From: Catajapyx aquilonaris
Lineage: Eukaryota
Direction of reading: 5' to 3'
Length of the DNA: 36,999 bases
Assembly (NCBI GenBank): GCA_000934665.2
Contig: KZ538997.1
Location: 1 to 36,999, forward strand
Shown here: positions 36,721 to 36,999 of the stretch, in pieces
How positions within the stretch are numbered: the first letter of the stretch is position 1
How the letters are laid out: the number at the start of each line of letters is the position of its first letter
Program-made: the position numbers and the translations under genes
Notes under the pieces: model-generated
Told to the model about the DNA's origin: nothing
The model's input: only the letters and a program-made list of their open reading frames with translations
Databases searched by the model: none

Positions 36721-36729
36721 TTTTTTTTT
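36721..36729 (+). terminator. RNA polymerase III terminator (T9)
   Basis: T run 3 nt after the tRNA 3' end. Confidence 0.8.
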
Positions 36730-36999
36730 CCATTTTTTTTCCATAAAATATTTACAAGGCTGCCGGATTATTTACTGAAGAAACTGTACATTCACAATGG
36801 AACAAATTTTTCTTTGGCAAAGATGAAATTTATTTTTGCCCACAATAATAACGACCAAGTAGGTCTTCATTTCGCTACTGGCGACAGGCTGATTTCGAAC
36901 CGTTTAAGGTGGAAATGAAGCGACTTGCTAATCAAATGAGAGTCTAGAATTGGAATGTTAATAAGAAGGGCTAAAATCAGGGAAACATACGCAACCGAT

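Overview
Eukaryotic, most likely invertebrate-animal DNA. The (AACCT)4 run, short introns and the LRR gene type weakly suggest an arthropod. There is one 321-bp assembly gap and no intact long protein-coding gene. The window is a transposon graveyard with at least nine palindromic non-autonomous DNA elements (Tc1/mariner-type, PIF/Harbinger-type, an 8-bp-TSD P/hAT-type element and unclassified foldbacks), one of them nested in another. It holds a threonine tRNA cluster: two identical tRNA-Thr(UGU) genes 9.57 kb apart, and a convergent inverted pair of tRNA-Thr(CGU) copies (one full length with a damaged first base pair, one 5'-truncated). These tRNA copies share flanking motifs. At the right end, on the minus strand, a spliced Myb/SANT-like (Harbinger ORF1-type) pseudogene is followed about 230 bp later by an intronless LRR pseudogene with a BC-box-like N-terminus. 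A Harbinger-type MITE interrupts the LRR gene, and removing it restores the frame. Several other stretches (8.6-10.3 kb, 12.8-18.1 kb, 28.6-29.9 kb) look like decayed, unidentified coding DNA, including a C-terminal PHD-like finger. All protein-family calls are by eye and need HMM confirmation.
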